A DNA stretch of 64,000 bases from the NCBI GenBank assembly GCA_040767805.1, contig JAXGNU010000003.1, positions 32,001-96,000 on the forward strand, in the 5' to 3' direction. This DNA is from Thermovirgaceae bacterium. GTDB taxonomy: Bacteria > Synergistota > Synergistia > Synergistales > Thermovirgaceae. Positions 28,427 to 38,526 of the stretch are shown piece after piece. The translations under genes and the position numbers were made by a program. Position 1 is the first letter of the stretch. Each line of letters opens with the position of its first letter. Below the pieces are notes generated by a model, which did not search any database, was not told the origin of the DNA, and saw nothing but the letters and a program-made list of their open reading frames with translations.

Positions 28427-29194
28427 TCATGCCGTCCCGCCGCCGTCGACGACCAAGTTGGCCCCCGTGACCCACGGGGAGAGTCCGCTCACCAGGAAAT
28501 AGACGGCCATGGCGATATCCTCGGGAGTCCCGAGCCTTTTCAGCGGCCTGTCAGCGCTATCCTCGAGCCACTTTTTCTCGTCGATGCCCAGTTGCCTGGC
28601 CTCGTCACGGAGAAGAGGCGTGTCGGTGTCGCCAGGAGAGACGGAGTTGACCCTGATCCCCTGGGGGCCGTGATCGATGGCCATGGCTCTGGTCATGTTC
28701 ACCACCCCGCCCTTGGCGGCGCAGTAGGAGACGGCCTTGGGACCTCCCTTAACCCCCCAGCCCGAGGCTATGTTGACGATGCTTCCGCCGCCGTTTTCGA
28801 CCATGAAGGGTACGAGATGCCTCGAGACCAGGAAGACGCTTTTCAGCGTTACGGCGATGGAAAGGTCCCATTCCTTTTCGTCCAGTTCCACTATGTCCTT
28901 TCTCCTGATAATGCCGGCACAGTTGACCAGGATATCCACCCGCCCGAACCGGGCCATCACCACGGTGGCCATGTTCCTGCAATCTTCATCCCTGGTCACG
29001 TCGCACTTCACGAAAAGGCAATTCCCGCCCAAGTCGCTCTCTGCGGCCCGCCCCCCCGGCTCGTCAATATCCGCCAGGACGACCGCGGCACCCATTCGGG
29101 AAAGAAACCGGGCGCAACCCAAGCCGATACCCGAACTACCCCCGGTTATCACGGCTACCTTGCCGTCAAGCCTGAAGACGCTGTCGTCGACCAA
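28427..29194 (-). CDS. SDR family NAD(P)-dependent oxidoreductase
   Basis: TGGSSGIG, NCAG, YCAAK, VDGG. Confidence 0.92.
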   Translation of the reverse strand: MVDDSVFRLDGKVAVITGGSSGIGLGCARFLSRMGAAVVLADIDEPGGRAAESDLGGNCLFVKCDVTRDEDCRNMATVVMARFGRVDILVNCAGIIRRKDIVELDEKEWDLSIAVTLKSVFLVSRHLVPFMVENGGGSIVNIASGWGVKGGPKAVSYCAAKGGVVNMTRAMAIDHGPQGIRVNSVSPGDTDTPLLRDEARQLGIDEKKWLEDSADRPLKRLGTPEDIAMAVYFLVSGLSPWVTGANLVVDGGGTA

Positions 29195-29212
29195 TTCCTG
29201 TTCCTCCCTTTC

Positions 29213-29953
29213 TTATTGGAGCCCGGCGGTCTCGCCGCCGTCGATGGGTATGTTGGCCCCGGTGATATAGGATGCCTGGTCGGAGGCCAGGAAGGCGAAA
29301 AGGGCGGCGACCTCCGAGGGGTCCGCGTGCCGTCTGAAGGGGATCCTCGCGTTGACCTTTTCGAGCATCTCCGGTGAATATTCCGCCCTCTGCATGGGCG
29401 TAAGGACGTACCCGGGTGACACGGAGTTGACCCTTATCAGCGGCGCGAACTCCAGGGCCATGGTCTTCGCGAGGAGGATGACCCCGGCCTTCGAGGCGTT
29501 GTAGTCCGCGTAAAAGGGGTGACCCTCCATCCCGTTGGTCGAGGCCGTCATCAGGATTACTCCACCCGTGGACATCCGCTTTGAAGCCTCCCTGGCGCAG
29601 AGGAACATGCCCCCCAGGTTGACCCCCACGACCCTGTTCCACTGTTCAAAGGTTATGTCACTGAAACCGCTCCTGACGCTTATCCCGGCGTTGGATACAA
29701 GGATGTCCACACCCCCGAGGCGGGCGTCAATCTCCCTGAACGCCGACTCCACCGCTTCGGGGGCCGAGACATCGGCTTCAAGGAGCATTTCGGCTCCGGG
29801 CAGTTCGAGGCCCGCCCGCTCAAGGCCGGCGCCGTCCCTATCGATCAGGGCCACCCTAGAGCCCTCCTGGACGAACCTGGAGGCGGTGGCGAACCCTATC
29901 CCGCTGGCACCACCGGTGATGGCTACTCGTTTCCCGGCGAGATCCGGATACAT
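29213..29953 (-). CDS. SDR family NAD(P)-dependent oxidoreductase
   Basis: TGGASGIG, SNAG, YNASK, IDGG; ATG after AAAAGGAGGGG. Confidence 0.92.
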   Translation of the reverse strand: MYPDLAGKRVAITGGASGIGFATASRFVQEGSRVALIDRDGAGLERAGLELPGAEMLLEADVSAPEAVESAFREIDARLGGVDILVSNAGISVRSGFSDITFEQWNRVVGVNLGGMFLCAREASKRMSTGGVILMTASTNGMEGHPFYADYNASKAGVILLAKTMALEFAPLIRVNSVSPGYVLTPMQRAEYSPEMLEKVNARIPFRRHADPSEVAALFAFLASDQASYITGANIPIDGGETAGLQ

Positions 29954-29971
29954 CCTGCAACCCCTCCTTTT

Positions 29972-30000
29972 CCGTATACGTGGTATACTGCGTATACTAT
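29972..30000. promoter_or_regulatory. Triple GTATAC array, putative GntR/FadR operator
   Basis: GTATAC at 29974, 29983 and 29992 (9-nt period) between the SDR operon and the divergent GntR gene. Confidence 0.6.
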
Positions 30001-30075
30001 TTACCTTTTTACCTTGTGCGGGGCCTTTAGTCAACCGCTTCCTGTCACTTTATTTCTGCGTAGGGAGGAACGATC

Positions 30076-30729
30076 TTGGAAAAAAACGAGGCTCGCTGGG
30101 ACTCAACCGCGACGGAAAGGGTTTACCGGGAACTCAAAAGGAGGATCTTCCTCAAGGAACTGAAGCCCGGCCAGAGGCTCCCGGAAGGTTCCCTCGCCAG
30201 GACCCTGTCGGTGAGCAGGACACCCGTAAGGGAAGCCCTGAGGGTACTTGCCAACGAGGGTTTGGTGGACTTGGTACCCAATTCGGGCGCGCGGCTCGTC
30301 CTTCCCACCCTGGAGCAGGCCGGGGATAGTTACGAGGTGAGGGAGCACCTGGAGGCGCTGGCGGCGTCCAAGGCGGCCGCCCACATCACCCCGGTGCAGG
30401 TCTGCTTGCTGCAGGAGGCCATCGACGAGGAGGAAGAGATCTTCGCTTCCCGCGACTTGGAAAGGTACCTCGACGTCAACAATAGGTTCCACCTCATAAT
30501 AGCCGAAGCCTCGGGCAACCGCACCCTGGCGGAGCACGTGGCCCATACCCTGGCCGGCACCTACGTCTTCATGGTCTTCCTGGAATCATTTTTCGACTTC
30601 GATTCGAACCCGAGCCTGGACGAACATCGCGAGATCCTGGGCGCCCTGAAGCAGGGGGACGCCGACCTGGCCGACGTCCTGATGAGAAGGCACATCCGGG
30701 CCTCGTTGCAGGCGCTGAAGGAGCCATAA
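30076..30729 (+). CDS. GntR family transcriptional regulator (FCD domain)
   Basis: VSRTPVREAL HTH; FH..I..ASGN and EHREIL. Confidence 0.93.
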   Translation: MEKNEARWDSTATERVYRELKRRIFLKELKPGQRLPEGSLARTLSVSRTPVREALRVLANEGLVDLVPNSGARLVLPTLEQAGDSYEVREHLEALAASKAAAHITPVQVCLLQEAIDEEEEIFASRDLERYLDVNNRFHLIIAEASGNRTLAEHVAHTLAGTYVFMVFLESFFDFDSNPSLDEHREILGALKQGDADLADVLMRRHIRASLQALKEP

Positions 30730-30806
30730 AATCCGTGTATACATAGATTTTTACTGTTACCGGTAAAAAAATTTTGTTAACTCGCATTATTCTTATTTTA
30801 TATCTG

Positions 30807-30835
30807 TTGCTTATTCGCCCCCTTTCTGTTATATA
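30807..30835 (+). promoter_or_regulatory. Putative glnA promoter in an AT-rich spacer
   Basis: TTGCTT-17-TATATA with a TG extension. Confidence 0.45.
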
Positions 30836-30866
30836 CAGTGATCATCATCCAAAAGGGGTGCCTCCA

Positions 30867-32974
30867 TTGAAAGAAAGACCATCCGAGATCTTCGGGTCGA
30901 ACGTGTTCAACGACAGGGCGATGAAGGAGAGGCTCCCCAAGCAGGTATACCAGAAGCTCCAGGAGGCCGTCTCGGGCGGTGAAAAACTCGACTTCACCGT
31001 GGCGGAGATCGTCGCCACCGCCATGAAGGAGTGGGCTATCTCCCGGGGCGCCAGCCATTACACCCACTGGTTCCACCCCAGGACCGACCTCACGGCGGAA
31101 AAACACAATGCCTTCCTCTCGGTGGACGAATTGGGCCTCCCCCTGGACACCTTCGGAGGTGCCGACCTCATTCAGGGCGAACCGGACGCCTCATCCCTGC
31201 CTTCGGGGGGGATGAGGTCAACCTTCGAGGCCCGGGGCTTTACGGCCTGGGACCCCACAAGCCCCGCCTTCGTCGTGAGCGGCGATCATGGCGGGACGCT
31301 CTGCATCCCCTCGGTCTTCATCAGCGGCGATGGGACCCCCCTGGACATGAAGACCCCCCTGCTGAAAGCACTAGCGAGAATCGAGGCGGTGACCGTCCGG
31401 ATACTGAAACTCTTCGGAAACCGCAATGTGCGGTGGGTCCGGGCCACCCTGGGGGCCGAACAGGAATTTTTCCTCCTGGACGAGGAGAGGGCCTCCAGGA
31501 GGCCCGACCTGCAGTATTGCGGGAGGACCATCATGGGAGCCCCCACCCCGAAAGGCCAGCAGATGGAGGACCACTACTTCGGCTCTATCCCCCCACGGGT
31601 CATGGCCTTTATGCAAGAGGTGGGCTGCCGGATGAGCACCCTGGGCATCGTCATCAAGACAAGGCACAACGAGGTGGCCCCTTGCCAGTTCGAGTTCGCG
31701 CCCCAGTACACCGAGGCCAACCTGGCTGTGGACCAGAACCAGGTCCTGATGGAACAGATGCGCCTGGTCGCTTCGCGCCACGGGTTGCGGTTGCTCCTCC
31801 ATGAGAAGCCCTTCGCGCAGATCAACGGGAGCGGCAAGCACCTGAACTTCTCCCTGGTGGACAGCGAGGGGCGCAACCTCCTGAAACCCTCCTCAAGCCA
31901 GAGAAGGAACATTCAGTTCCTAACCCTCGTCTCGGGGCTGCTTCTTGGGATCTCTCGCTACGGGAGCCTTCTCCGGGCATCCATCGCGAACCCCGGGAAC
32001 ATGTTGAGGCTCGGCGGAAACGAGGCTCCCCCGGTCATAATGAGCGTTTTTCTCGGCGATGTCCTGACCCACATCTTCGACCGGATCGGGGAAGGCCTGC
32101 CCGAGAACCTCCCTTCGAAAGCGTTCCTGAACCTGGGGTTGAACCGTCTTCCCGATATCCTCATGGACAACACCGACAGGAACCGCACGGCCCCGATAGC
32201 CTTCACGGGCAACAAGTTCGAGTTCCGAGCGCCCGGCGCGTCGCAGTCGCCGGCGGGGCCCATGACGATGATCCTGTCTATATGGGCCTGGGGGCTCGAA
32301 CGCATGGCCCAGATGGTGGAATCCAGGATAGGCGAGACCGACGTAGCCGACGCGGCCCTCGACGCCATCAGGAACGCCGCCCTCGAAAGCGGCAACATCC
32401 GGTTCGAGGGTAACTGCTACACCCGGGAGTGGCACGAAGAGGCCAAGAGGAGGGGTCTTCCCGTCGCCCACAGCACCAGCGAAGCCCTCGCCCTTTTTTT
32501 GATCCCCGAGAACAGGGGACTTCTTTCCGGGCTCGGCGTTTTCTCCGACCGCGAGATCCGGGGTTATTACGAGACGAGGCTGGAACAATATGTGAAGACC
32601 CTGGAATCGAAATGAACGTCATGGAGGATATGATACGGACGGGCATCCTGCCGGCGGTCACGAAGCAGATTCACCTCGAGGCCTCTACCCTGTCTTTGAT
32701 CGCGGGCCGTCACGGGAGGTGAAGATTCCCTCTGGGAGGACCAGGTCGACCAACTGGTGGGCATCAAGGAAGGGCTCCTGGAGGGCGTCAACAGGATGAC
32801 CTCCCTCAGGGACGGCCTGGTGTCGCTCAGCCCGGATGAGAAGGCTCGAACGCTGACGGAGAGGGCGTGCCGATCCTCGAGGGCTTGAGGGGAATGTGCG
32901 ACGCGGCTGAAAGGATGACCTCCGGGGAGTTCTGGCCTTACCCCCGGTATAACGAACTTCTTCTTCCCGGTTGA
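30867..32974 (+). CDS. glnA: Glutamine synthetase type III; about three frameshifts in the 3' end (32600-32870)
   Basis: HYTHWFHP, GEPDASS, RHNEVAP, HEKPFAQINGSGKH, NKFEFRAPG; C-terminus WPYPRYNELL recovered in another frame, stop at 32972-32974. Confidence 0.92.
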
Positions 32975-34905
32975 CCGGCGGCGGGGGGCTTATACCCGGA
33001 ATGCCTCAGTCGGAGCCGAAAGAACTGGTAATCCTCCGAAGGCAATAACTGGCCGTCCCTGATGCTGTAAGCCCCGGGCTTCAGGTACCGGGCGACGCTT
33101 TCAAGCAGGTCGGACTCCCTCACGTCGGAATACCAAGCCATCAGCCGGCCGAGGTCCCTGGCGTGGGGCTCCTGCCTGAAATGCTGATGAAGTCTCATGA
33201 GCCCCTCCCCGAGCAACTCTCCCCTTTTCTCATCCACGGCCATCCTGATGTATTGATAGGCCAGCTCCCTTTGCGCTGTATCCCTCACCATCAGGCGCCC
33301 CTCCGCCTTTTCAATGAGCCGCACCCGCGTCATGGGGTCCTCCGCCATGGACGCCATCCTGAGGAGCCTGTCACCCTCCATGCCCCGGGCGAAAAAAAAC
33401 AAACCTGTGACGGCGACGGCGCTCATGGTCAGCCCCAGGCTCCTCAGGACCCATTTCTTCCTGATCTCGGTCCAGGAAAAGGACGAGGGCAGGAGTTCCC
33501 TGTTGGCGATGCCGAAGGCAAAGGCCAGCCACAGGACGTCCTCGATCCTGTGGAAGGGGCGTGTCCAAAGCGCGTCGAACCACATCAGGAACAAAAAGGA
33601 AGAAGCCCAGGCCCCTTCCGGCGACAGGGGGTCGCCCCTTCTCAGCCTGGATAAGAAACTTAGGAGCCACCAGGCCCCGAGGGCGATGAGGGCCAGGCCC
33701 CCGAACACCCCCGTTTCGCAAAACCACTGGAAGATCTCGCTGTGAGCCCAGTAAGTGTATTGCCATTTCATGTCGGGGTGCTTCGCGACCATCCTCCTCT
33801 GGGCCTCGAGGTAGTTCCACTTGTAATGGCCAAGACCCACACCGCCCAGGGGGTGCATTTTAAACATCTCGGCGGTGGTCAGCCATATGCTGTCCCTCTT
33901 CCCTATGGTCTTGAATTGCTCGACCATTTCAACGCTCTTCATGATGAAGACGTTGCCCCGTCCGAAGAGAAGGGTCCCGAAAAAGGTCGCGGCCAGTAGG
34001 GCCAGGATGACCGAAGCCCGCGCAAGGGCCTTCCTGGTCCCCATGGACCGAGCCGAGAGAAGGGCGAGAACGCAAAGGCCGACGGCGTAGGAAAAGACGG
34101 CTGAACGGCTCGTGGAATTCCATAATCCCCAGGCGTTTACGGCAAAAAAGAAAAGATTGGCCGCCGCGGCGATGCCCTTTCTGCCGCTGATGCCGCCTCC
34201 CCGGCCACCTTGCAAGTACAGCCAGGAGGAACCCATCATGACCATGGCCACCCATAGCCCGAACATGTTTTGCTGCCCCGTGTTGCCTATATATTTTCCC
34301 GGGGTCGGGTAAACGAAGGGGAAAAGATGGTGCAACTCATGAATCTGCAGTTCCGCGAAAAGGACATTCAGGGCCCCCGACAGGGCGGCAAGCCAAAGCA
34401 GGATAGGCAGGCTCTTGGCGTAGGTCCCGTTGCGGGCGATGATGTAGACCGCCCAGAGGGAGGCGAAGAAAAACCACTCCCTTGTGAAGGTCGGTACCGA
34501 TGTAATCGGGGCCCAAAGGGGTTGAAGGATCAGGAACAGTACGAGGAAAAGCCACACCGCGCCGAAGGGGTCGAGGGCGAAACCTTCCCTGACACCTTTC
34601 ATGAGCGTTATCCTCATTCCGACCAGGACTATCAGAAAGCCCACCGGGACGAAAACAGCGGCCCATTTCATGAGGTGAAGAGCCTCGTACCAGAAGGGTC
34701 CCGAGAAAACCAGGTTCGGGAACGAGAGCGCGAAAAAAAGGAGGATCGTGGCCAGGGGTTCGGGGGCAAGGCTCGCCTTTACCGGCCGATTTGATCCACC
34801 GCCTTTGAAGAAACCGACGTCACCTGGATCTCCGGTCAATTGCCTCACCTCTGGATGGGGCGGATGATCGGTGCGGCCTTCCTCGGATGGGCATTCCCAC
34901 CCCAT
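32938..34905 (-). CDS. O-antigen ligase / O-oligosaccharyltransferase-like membrane protein (start uncertain)
   Basis: Multiple TM segments, GNTGQQN, STSRS, HPLGGVGLGHY, WAHSE...ETG. Confidence 0.75.
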   Translation of the reverse strand: MGWECPSEEGRTDHPPHPEVRQLTGDPGDVGFFKGGGSNRPVKASLAPEPLATILLFFALSFPNLVFSGPFWYEALHLMKWAAVFVPVGFLIVLVGMRITLMKGVREGFALDPFGAVWLFLVLFLILQPLWAPITSVPTFTREWFFFASLWAVYIIARNGTYAKSLPILLWLAALSGALNVLFAELQIHELHHLFPFVYPTPGKYIGNTGQQNMFGLWVAMVMMGSSWLYLQGGRGGGISGRKGIAAAANLFFFAVNAWGLWNSTSRSAVFSYAVGLCVLALLSARSMGTRKALARASVILALLAATFFGTLLFGRGNVFIMKSVEMVEQFKTIGKRDSIWLTTAEMFKMHPLGGVGLGHYKWNYLEAQRRMVAKHPDMKWQYTYWAHSEIFQWFCETGVFGGLALIALGAWWLLSFLSRLRRGDPLSPEGAWASSFLFLMWFDALWTRPFHRIEDVLWLAFAFGIANRELLPSSFSWTEIRKKWVLRSLGLTMSAVAVTGLFFFARGMEGDRLLRMASMAEDPMTRVRLIEKAEGRLMVRDTAQRELAYQYIRMAVDEKRGELLGEGLMRLHQHFRQEPHARDLGRLMAWYSDVRESDLLESVARYLKPGAYSIRDGQLLPSEDYQFFRLRLRHSGYKPPAAGQPGRRSSLYRG

Positions 34906-36255
34906 TCATGACGACCAGGCCTGGCTCGCAAAACGGGCGTGTTCCTTGAAAAAGGTGAGCCTTACGGTGCCGGTGGGGCCGTTCCTGTGCTTCGCCACGA
35001 TCACATCGGCGGTGTTGTCGTCCTCATCCGCGGGAGCGTCGTAGTACCCCGGGCGGTAAAGGAGGATGACCAGGTCGGCATCCTGCTCGATGGCGCCGCT
35101 ATCGCGAAGGTCCGAAAGCTGGGGCCTCTTTTCCTGCCTCGATTCGACGGCCCTCGAGAGTTGGGAGATAGCTATCAACGGTACATCGAGCTCCCTTGCT
35201 ATGGCCTTGAGGGAACGGGAGATCTCGGCAACCTCCTGCTGCTTGCTCTCCGTTTTCCTGGTCAACTGCATCAACTGGAGGTAATCGACCACGATCAACC
35301 CGCTACCGGATCTCATGACCTGGGATTTGAACCGCCTGGACCGGGCGCGCAGTTCCAGCGTCGTCAGCACGGAACTGTCATCGATGAAAAAGGGGGCCCT
35401 CGAAAGGTCACCCGCCGCGGTGGCCAGCTTTTCCCAGGCGCTTTCGTGGAACATCCCCGTCCGCAGATCGTGGACATCCACCCTGGCCCTGGATCCCAGC
35501 ATGCGCTGGACCAGCTGTTCCGCTCCCATCTCGAGGCTGAACATCAGGACCGGTATCCCCCTGTCAACCGAAGCGTGCATACCGATATCGAGGGCCAGGG
35601 CAGTCTTCCCCATGGAGGGCCTAGCGGCGATTATGTTGAGGCTGCCCGGCTGGAACCCACCGGTGATCCTCTCGAAATCGTCGAAACCGCTGGGGACACC
35701 CGTCACCGAACTGTCAGGTGAGTGGAATTTCTCCTCGATGGTCCGGAAGGCGGGACCGAGGACATCCCCCACCTTCCTGAAGGGGACCTGGCTGCCTCTC
35801 TGGGTGATCTCGAAGACCGCCCGCTCGGCCTGGTCCATCACGTCCTCGATCTCCCTGTCTTCCGAGTAGCCCAGGCGGGCTATCTCGGCGCCAACCTGGA
35901 TCAGCCTGCGGTGGATCGACTTGTCCCGTACGATCCTGGCGTGGTACTCGACGTTGGCCGTGGTGGGGACGGAATCCACGAGCCCCGCTATGAAACCCTG
36001 GCCCCCCAGGGCCGAGGCGAGCCCTCTCCTGGACAGATCCTCGAGGAAGGTGAGGGGATCCACGGGTTTCCCCTTTTCGGCCATTTCCCTCATGACCTGG
36101 AAGGCCTGCCGATGGCTCCCGTCGTAGAAATCCTCCGGCAGGAGCGCGTCCAGGCACACGGTCAGGGCATCATCCGCGAGAAGGCAGCCCCCTATCACCG
36201 CCCTCTCGGCTTCGATGCTGTGGGGTGGAATCCTCTCAAAGAGCTGGTCATTCAA
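34906..36255 (-). CDS. dnaB: Replicative DNA helicase
   Basis: PPHSIEAE, AARPSMGKT, VDYLQL, SQLSR, SGAIEQDAD, KHRNGPTG. Confidence 0.97.
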   Translation of the reverse strand: MNDQLFERIPPHSIEAERAVIGGCLLADDALTVCLDALLPEDFYDGSHRQAFQVMREMAEKGKPVDPLTFLEDLSRRGLASALGGQGFIAGLVDSVPTTANVEYHARIVRDKSIHRRLIQVGAEIARLGYSEDREIEDVMDQAERAVFEITQRGSQVPFRKVGDVLGPAFRTIEEKFHSPDSSVTGVPSGFDDFERITGGFQPGSLNIIAARPSMGKTALALDIGMHASVDRGIPVLMFSLEMGAEQLVQRMLGSRARVDVHDLRTGMFHESAWEKLATAAGDLSRAPFFIDDSSVLTTLELRARSRRFKSQVMRSGSGLIVVDYLQLMQLTRKTESKQQEVAEISRSLKAIARELDVPLIAISQLSRAVESRQEKRPQLSDLRDSGAIEQDADLVILLYRPGYYDAPADEDDNTADVIVAKHRNGPTGTVRLTFFKEHARFASQAWSS

Positions 36256-36703
36256 CCCTTTCGTCCTCCACCTTCAGGGTCATCTCCGCTTCAACCCCCT
36301 GGTGCAATTTTATTGAAAAGGGGTAGGAACCCAACTCCTTCACCGGCGAAGGAAGCCGGACGTCCTTTTTATCGACGGGGACACCGAACTTTTCCTCGAC
36401 CCTTTCCGCCACCTGGGTCGCCGTGACGCTCCCGAACAGCTTCCCCCTCTCCCCGGCTGTGACCTTGAGCACGACCTGTTTCCCCTGGAGGAGGGCCCTG
36501 CTTTCCCAGGCCTCCTCCTCCTCCCGCCTGGCCCTGACTTCCTTCGTTCTCTGGTGCTGTTCCCACTCCTTCAGCCTCTCACTGGTCGCCTCTTCCGCCA
36601 TCTTCCTCGGGATCAGGTAATTCCTCCCGTACCCCTCGGCCACGTCGACCAGGTCGCCCTTTTTCCCCACTTTTGGTACATCCGTCAGCAGGATGACTTT
36701 CAT
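36248..36703 (-). CDS. rplI: 50S ribosomal protein L9
   Basis: MKVILL...GYGRNYLIP, GKLFGSVT. Confidence 0.96.
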   Translation of the reverse strand: MKVILLTDVPKVGKKGDLVDVAEGYGRNYLIPRKMAEEATSERLKEWEQHQRTKEVRARREEEEAWESRALLQGKQVVLKVTAGERGKLFGSVTATQVAERVEEKFGVPVDKKDVRLPSPVKELGSYPFSIKLHQGVEAEMTLKVEDERVE

Positions 36704-37659
36704 TCTCTTCCCCCCCGGAACCTCGACCGCAGGTCGAACCACACATCAATGATACCCAAAATAAGGACCAACTGCGCAAAAAAGGGGACGACCATGACGA
36801 CCAGTGTCAAGGCGACCTTCAGGAAACGGCCCAGTCCCCTGGAACCCATGAAGAACCAGCCCACGGCCAGCCCCTGGAAAAAGAACAGGGTCGTTACCAG
36901 GAGGCGCAGGTTCAGGGCCGTCTTTTGCAAAAAGGCCGCCGAAGGATGATAGGTCCCAGCCAGCTGGAGCGCCATGGAGGCCACGAGGGCCCAAAAAATG
37001 CTCTTGGGGAAGCGCCACCGGCTGAACTCCGGGAGCCGTGGAAGGACTTCCCTGCCCAGCCTTTTCAGAACTGCGGCGCTCACTACATAGCTGAGGAAGC
37101 AGTCCACCGTTGCTGCCATAACGAGAAGGGCGGGAAAGATCAGCGGGACCAGGGAGAGGGTGGCCCGCATCTGCTCCTTGGCCGCGGAGAGCGACTCCTT
37201 CGACATGCCCAGGCTTGAATAGACCGAGGAGATCCTCTCGATCATGGGCAGGATCTCCGCCTCCTCGAGCCCGAAGGGGTTGATCCCCGTGAGCTTTATG
37301 GCGATCACCATCAGGATGAGTTTGCTCCCCAGGGAAACCAGGATCCCGTAGAGGATGATATCGACGGCCCTGTCGAAACGCCTGCCCAGGACCCCGAGGG
37401 CTATGCCCAGGAAACCGAAACCGAAGCAGAAGAAAAGGGCACCCACCACACCCGTGAAGGCGGCCGAGATGATCGTCGCCGCCACTACCCCCAGCACCGC
37501 CCTTCCCAGGCTGTGCCTAAGGCCCAGGACTACAAGGGGGGCGGGGCAAACGAGAGAGAACACCATCCCTACCAGGGGGAGGAAATGACCCGCGAGGAAA
37601 AGCACCGCGGAAAGGGCTACGAGCAGCGATGATTCAACCAGGGCCCTGGTCCTGTCCAT
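36700..37659 (-). CDS. YybS/DUF2232 family membrane protein
   Basis: TRALVES..., hydrophobic, GIIDVWFDLR; conserved position between rpsR and rplI. Confidence 0.85.
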   Translation of the reverse strand: MDRTRALVESSLLVALSAVLFLAGHFLPLVGMVFSLVCPAPLVVLGLRHSLGRAVLGVVAATIISAAFTGVVGALFFCFGFGFLGIALGVLGRRFDRAVDIILYGILVSLGSKLILMVIAIKLTGINPFGLEEAEILPMIERISSVYSSLGMSKESLSAAKEQMRATLSLVPLIFPALLVMAATVDCFLSYVVSAAVLKRLGREVLPRLPEFSRWRFPKSIFWALVASMALQLAGTYHPSAAFLQKTALNLRLLVTTLFFFQGLAVGWFFMGSRGLGRFLKVALTLVVMVVPFFAQLVLILGIIDVWFDLRSRFRGGRE

Positions 37660-37733
37660 AAAAAACGACCTCCCGACAGAACGGGGGGAGAAGCCTGGGC
37701 TCCTCCCCCCGCGATGAACAGGGGTCTCCTTTC

Positions 37734-37985
37734 CTACTCGGCGCTGTAGGGAAGGAGAGCGAGGTAGCGCACCCTTTTGATCGCCTCCGTGAGCTGCCTC
37801 TGGTGCTTGGCGCAGTTTCCCGTCACCCTCCTGGGGACGATCTTTCCGCGCTCGCTTATGTACTTTCTGAGTTTATCCACATCCTTGTAATCAATGTGGT
37901 CAATTTTCTCCATGCAGAACATACAGACCTTAGGTTTTCTTCTCTTGCTTCTCTTGCCTCCGCCGGTCCTCGGTGAAAAGGCCAT
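37734..37985 (-). CDS. rpsR: 30S ribosomal protein S18 (Zn-ligand C+ form)
   Basis: [27 protein letters not shown]. Confidence 0.97.
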   Translation of the reverse strand: MAFSPRTGGGKRSKRRKPKVCMFCMEKIDHIDYKDVDKLRKYISERGKIVPRRVTGNCAKHQRQLTEAIKRVRYLALLPYSAE

Positions 37986-38022
37986 CACGAACCTCCTTCC
38001 CTTCAAGGGAACCAAAAAACTG

Positions 38023-38514
38023 TCAGAAGGGGATATCCGCGTCCTCGCCCTCGTCCTTGATTTCGTCCAGCTCGGATATATCCCTCACGTAATCATCCTC
38101 GAAACCCTTTTCCCTGAGGCTGCCGCCCCTCGACGGGGGGGCCTGTTCGTCTTCCGGAGGGTACGCCTCCTCGCCGTCCCTGCGGGAACCCAGGAACGTG
38201 ACGCCCTGGGCCACCACCTCGGTAAACCACCGTCTTTCGCCGGTTCCCGCCTCGTAACTTCGGACCTGGATCCTTCCCTCGATGAAGACAGGGCTCCCCT
38301 TCCGGAGGTATCTCTCGCAGTTCTCAGCCTGGGCGCCCCAGACCGCCACGGGGATGAAGTCGACCTGGTCCTGGACTTCGCCTTCCCTGTTTTTCCACTG
38401 GCGGTTGACGGCCACGGAAAACTTAGCCACGGCCTGCTTGGAAGTGGTGTAGCGCACCTCGGGGTCCCTCGCCAGGTTGCCCATCAGAATAACCTTGTTG
38501 AAACCTCTGACCAT
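38023..38514 (-). CDS. ssb: Single-stranded DNA-binding protein
   Basis: [14 protein letters not shown]; acidic tail DADIPF. Confidence 0.96.
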   Translation of the reverse strand: MVRGFNKVILMGNLARDPEVRYTTSKQAVAKFSVAVNRQWKNREGEVQDQVDFIPVAVWGAQAENCERYLRKGSPVFIEGRIQVRSYEAGTGERRWFTEVVAQGVTFLGSRRDGEEAYPPEDEQAPPSRGGSLREKGFEDDYVRDISELDEIKDEGEDADIPF

Positions 38515-38526
38515 CGAGATCACTCC

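Noticed and set aside
32613..32615. TGA ending the glnA ORF as a Sec codon
   Set aside because: Homology continues in a different frame, so this is a frameshift and not readthrough.
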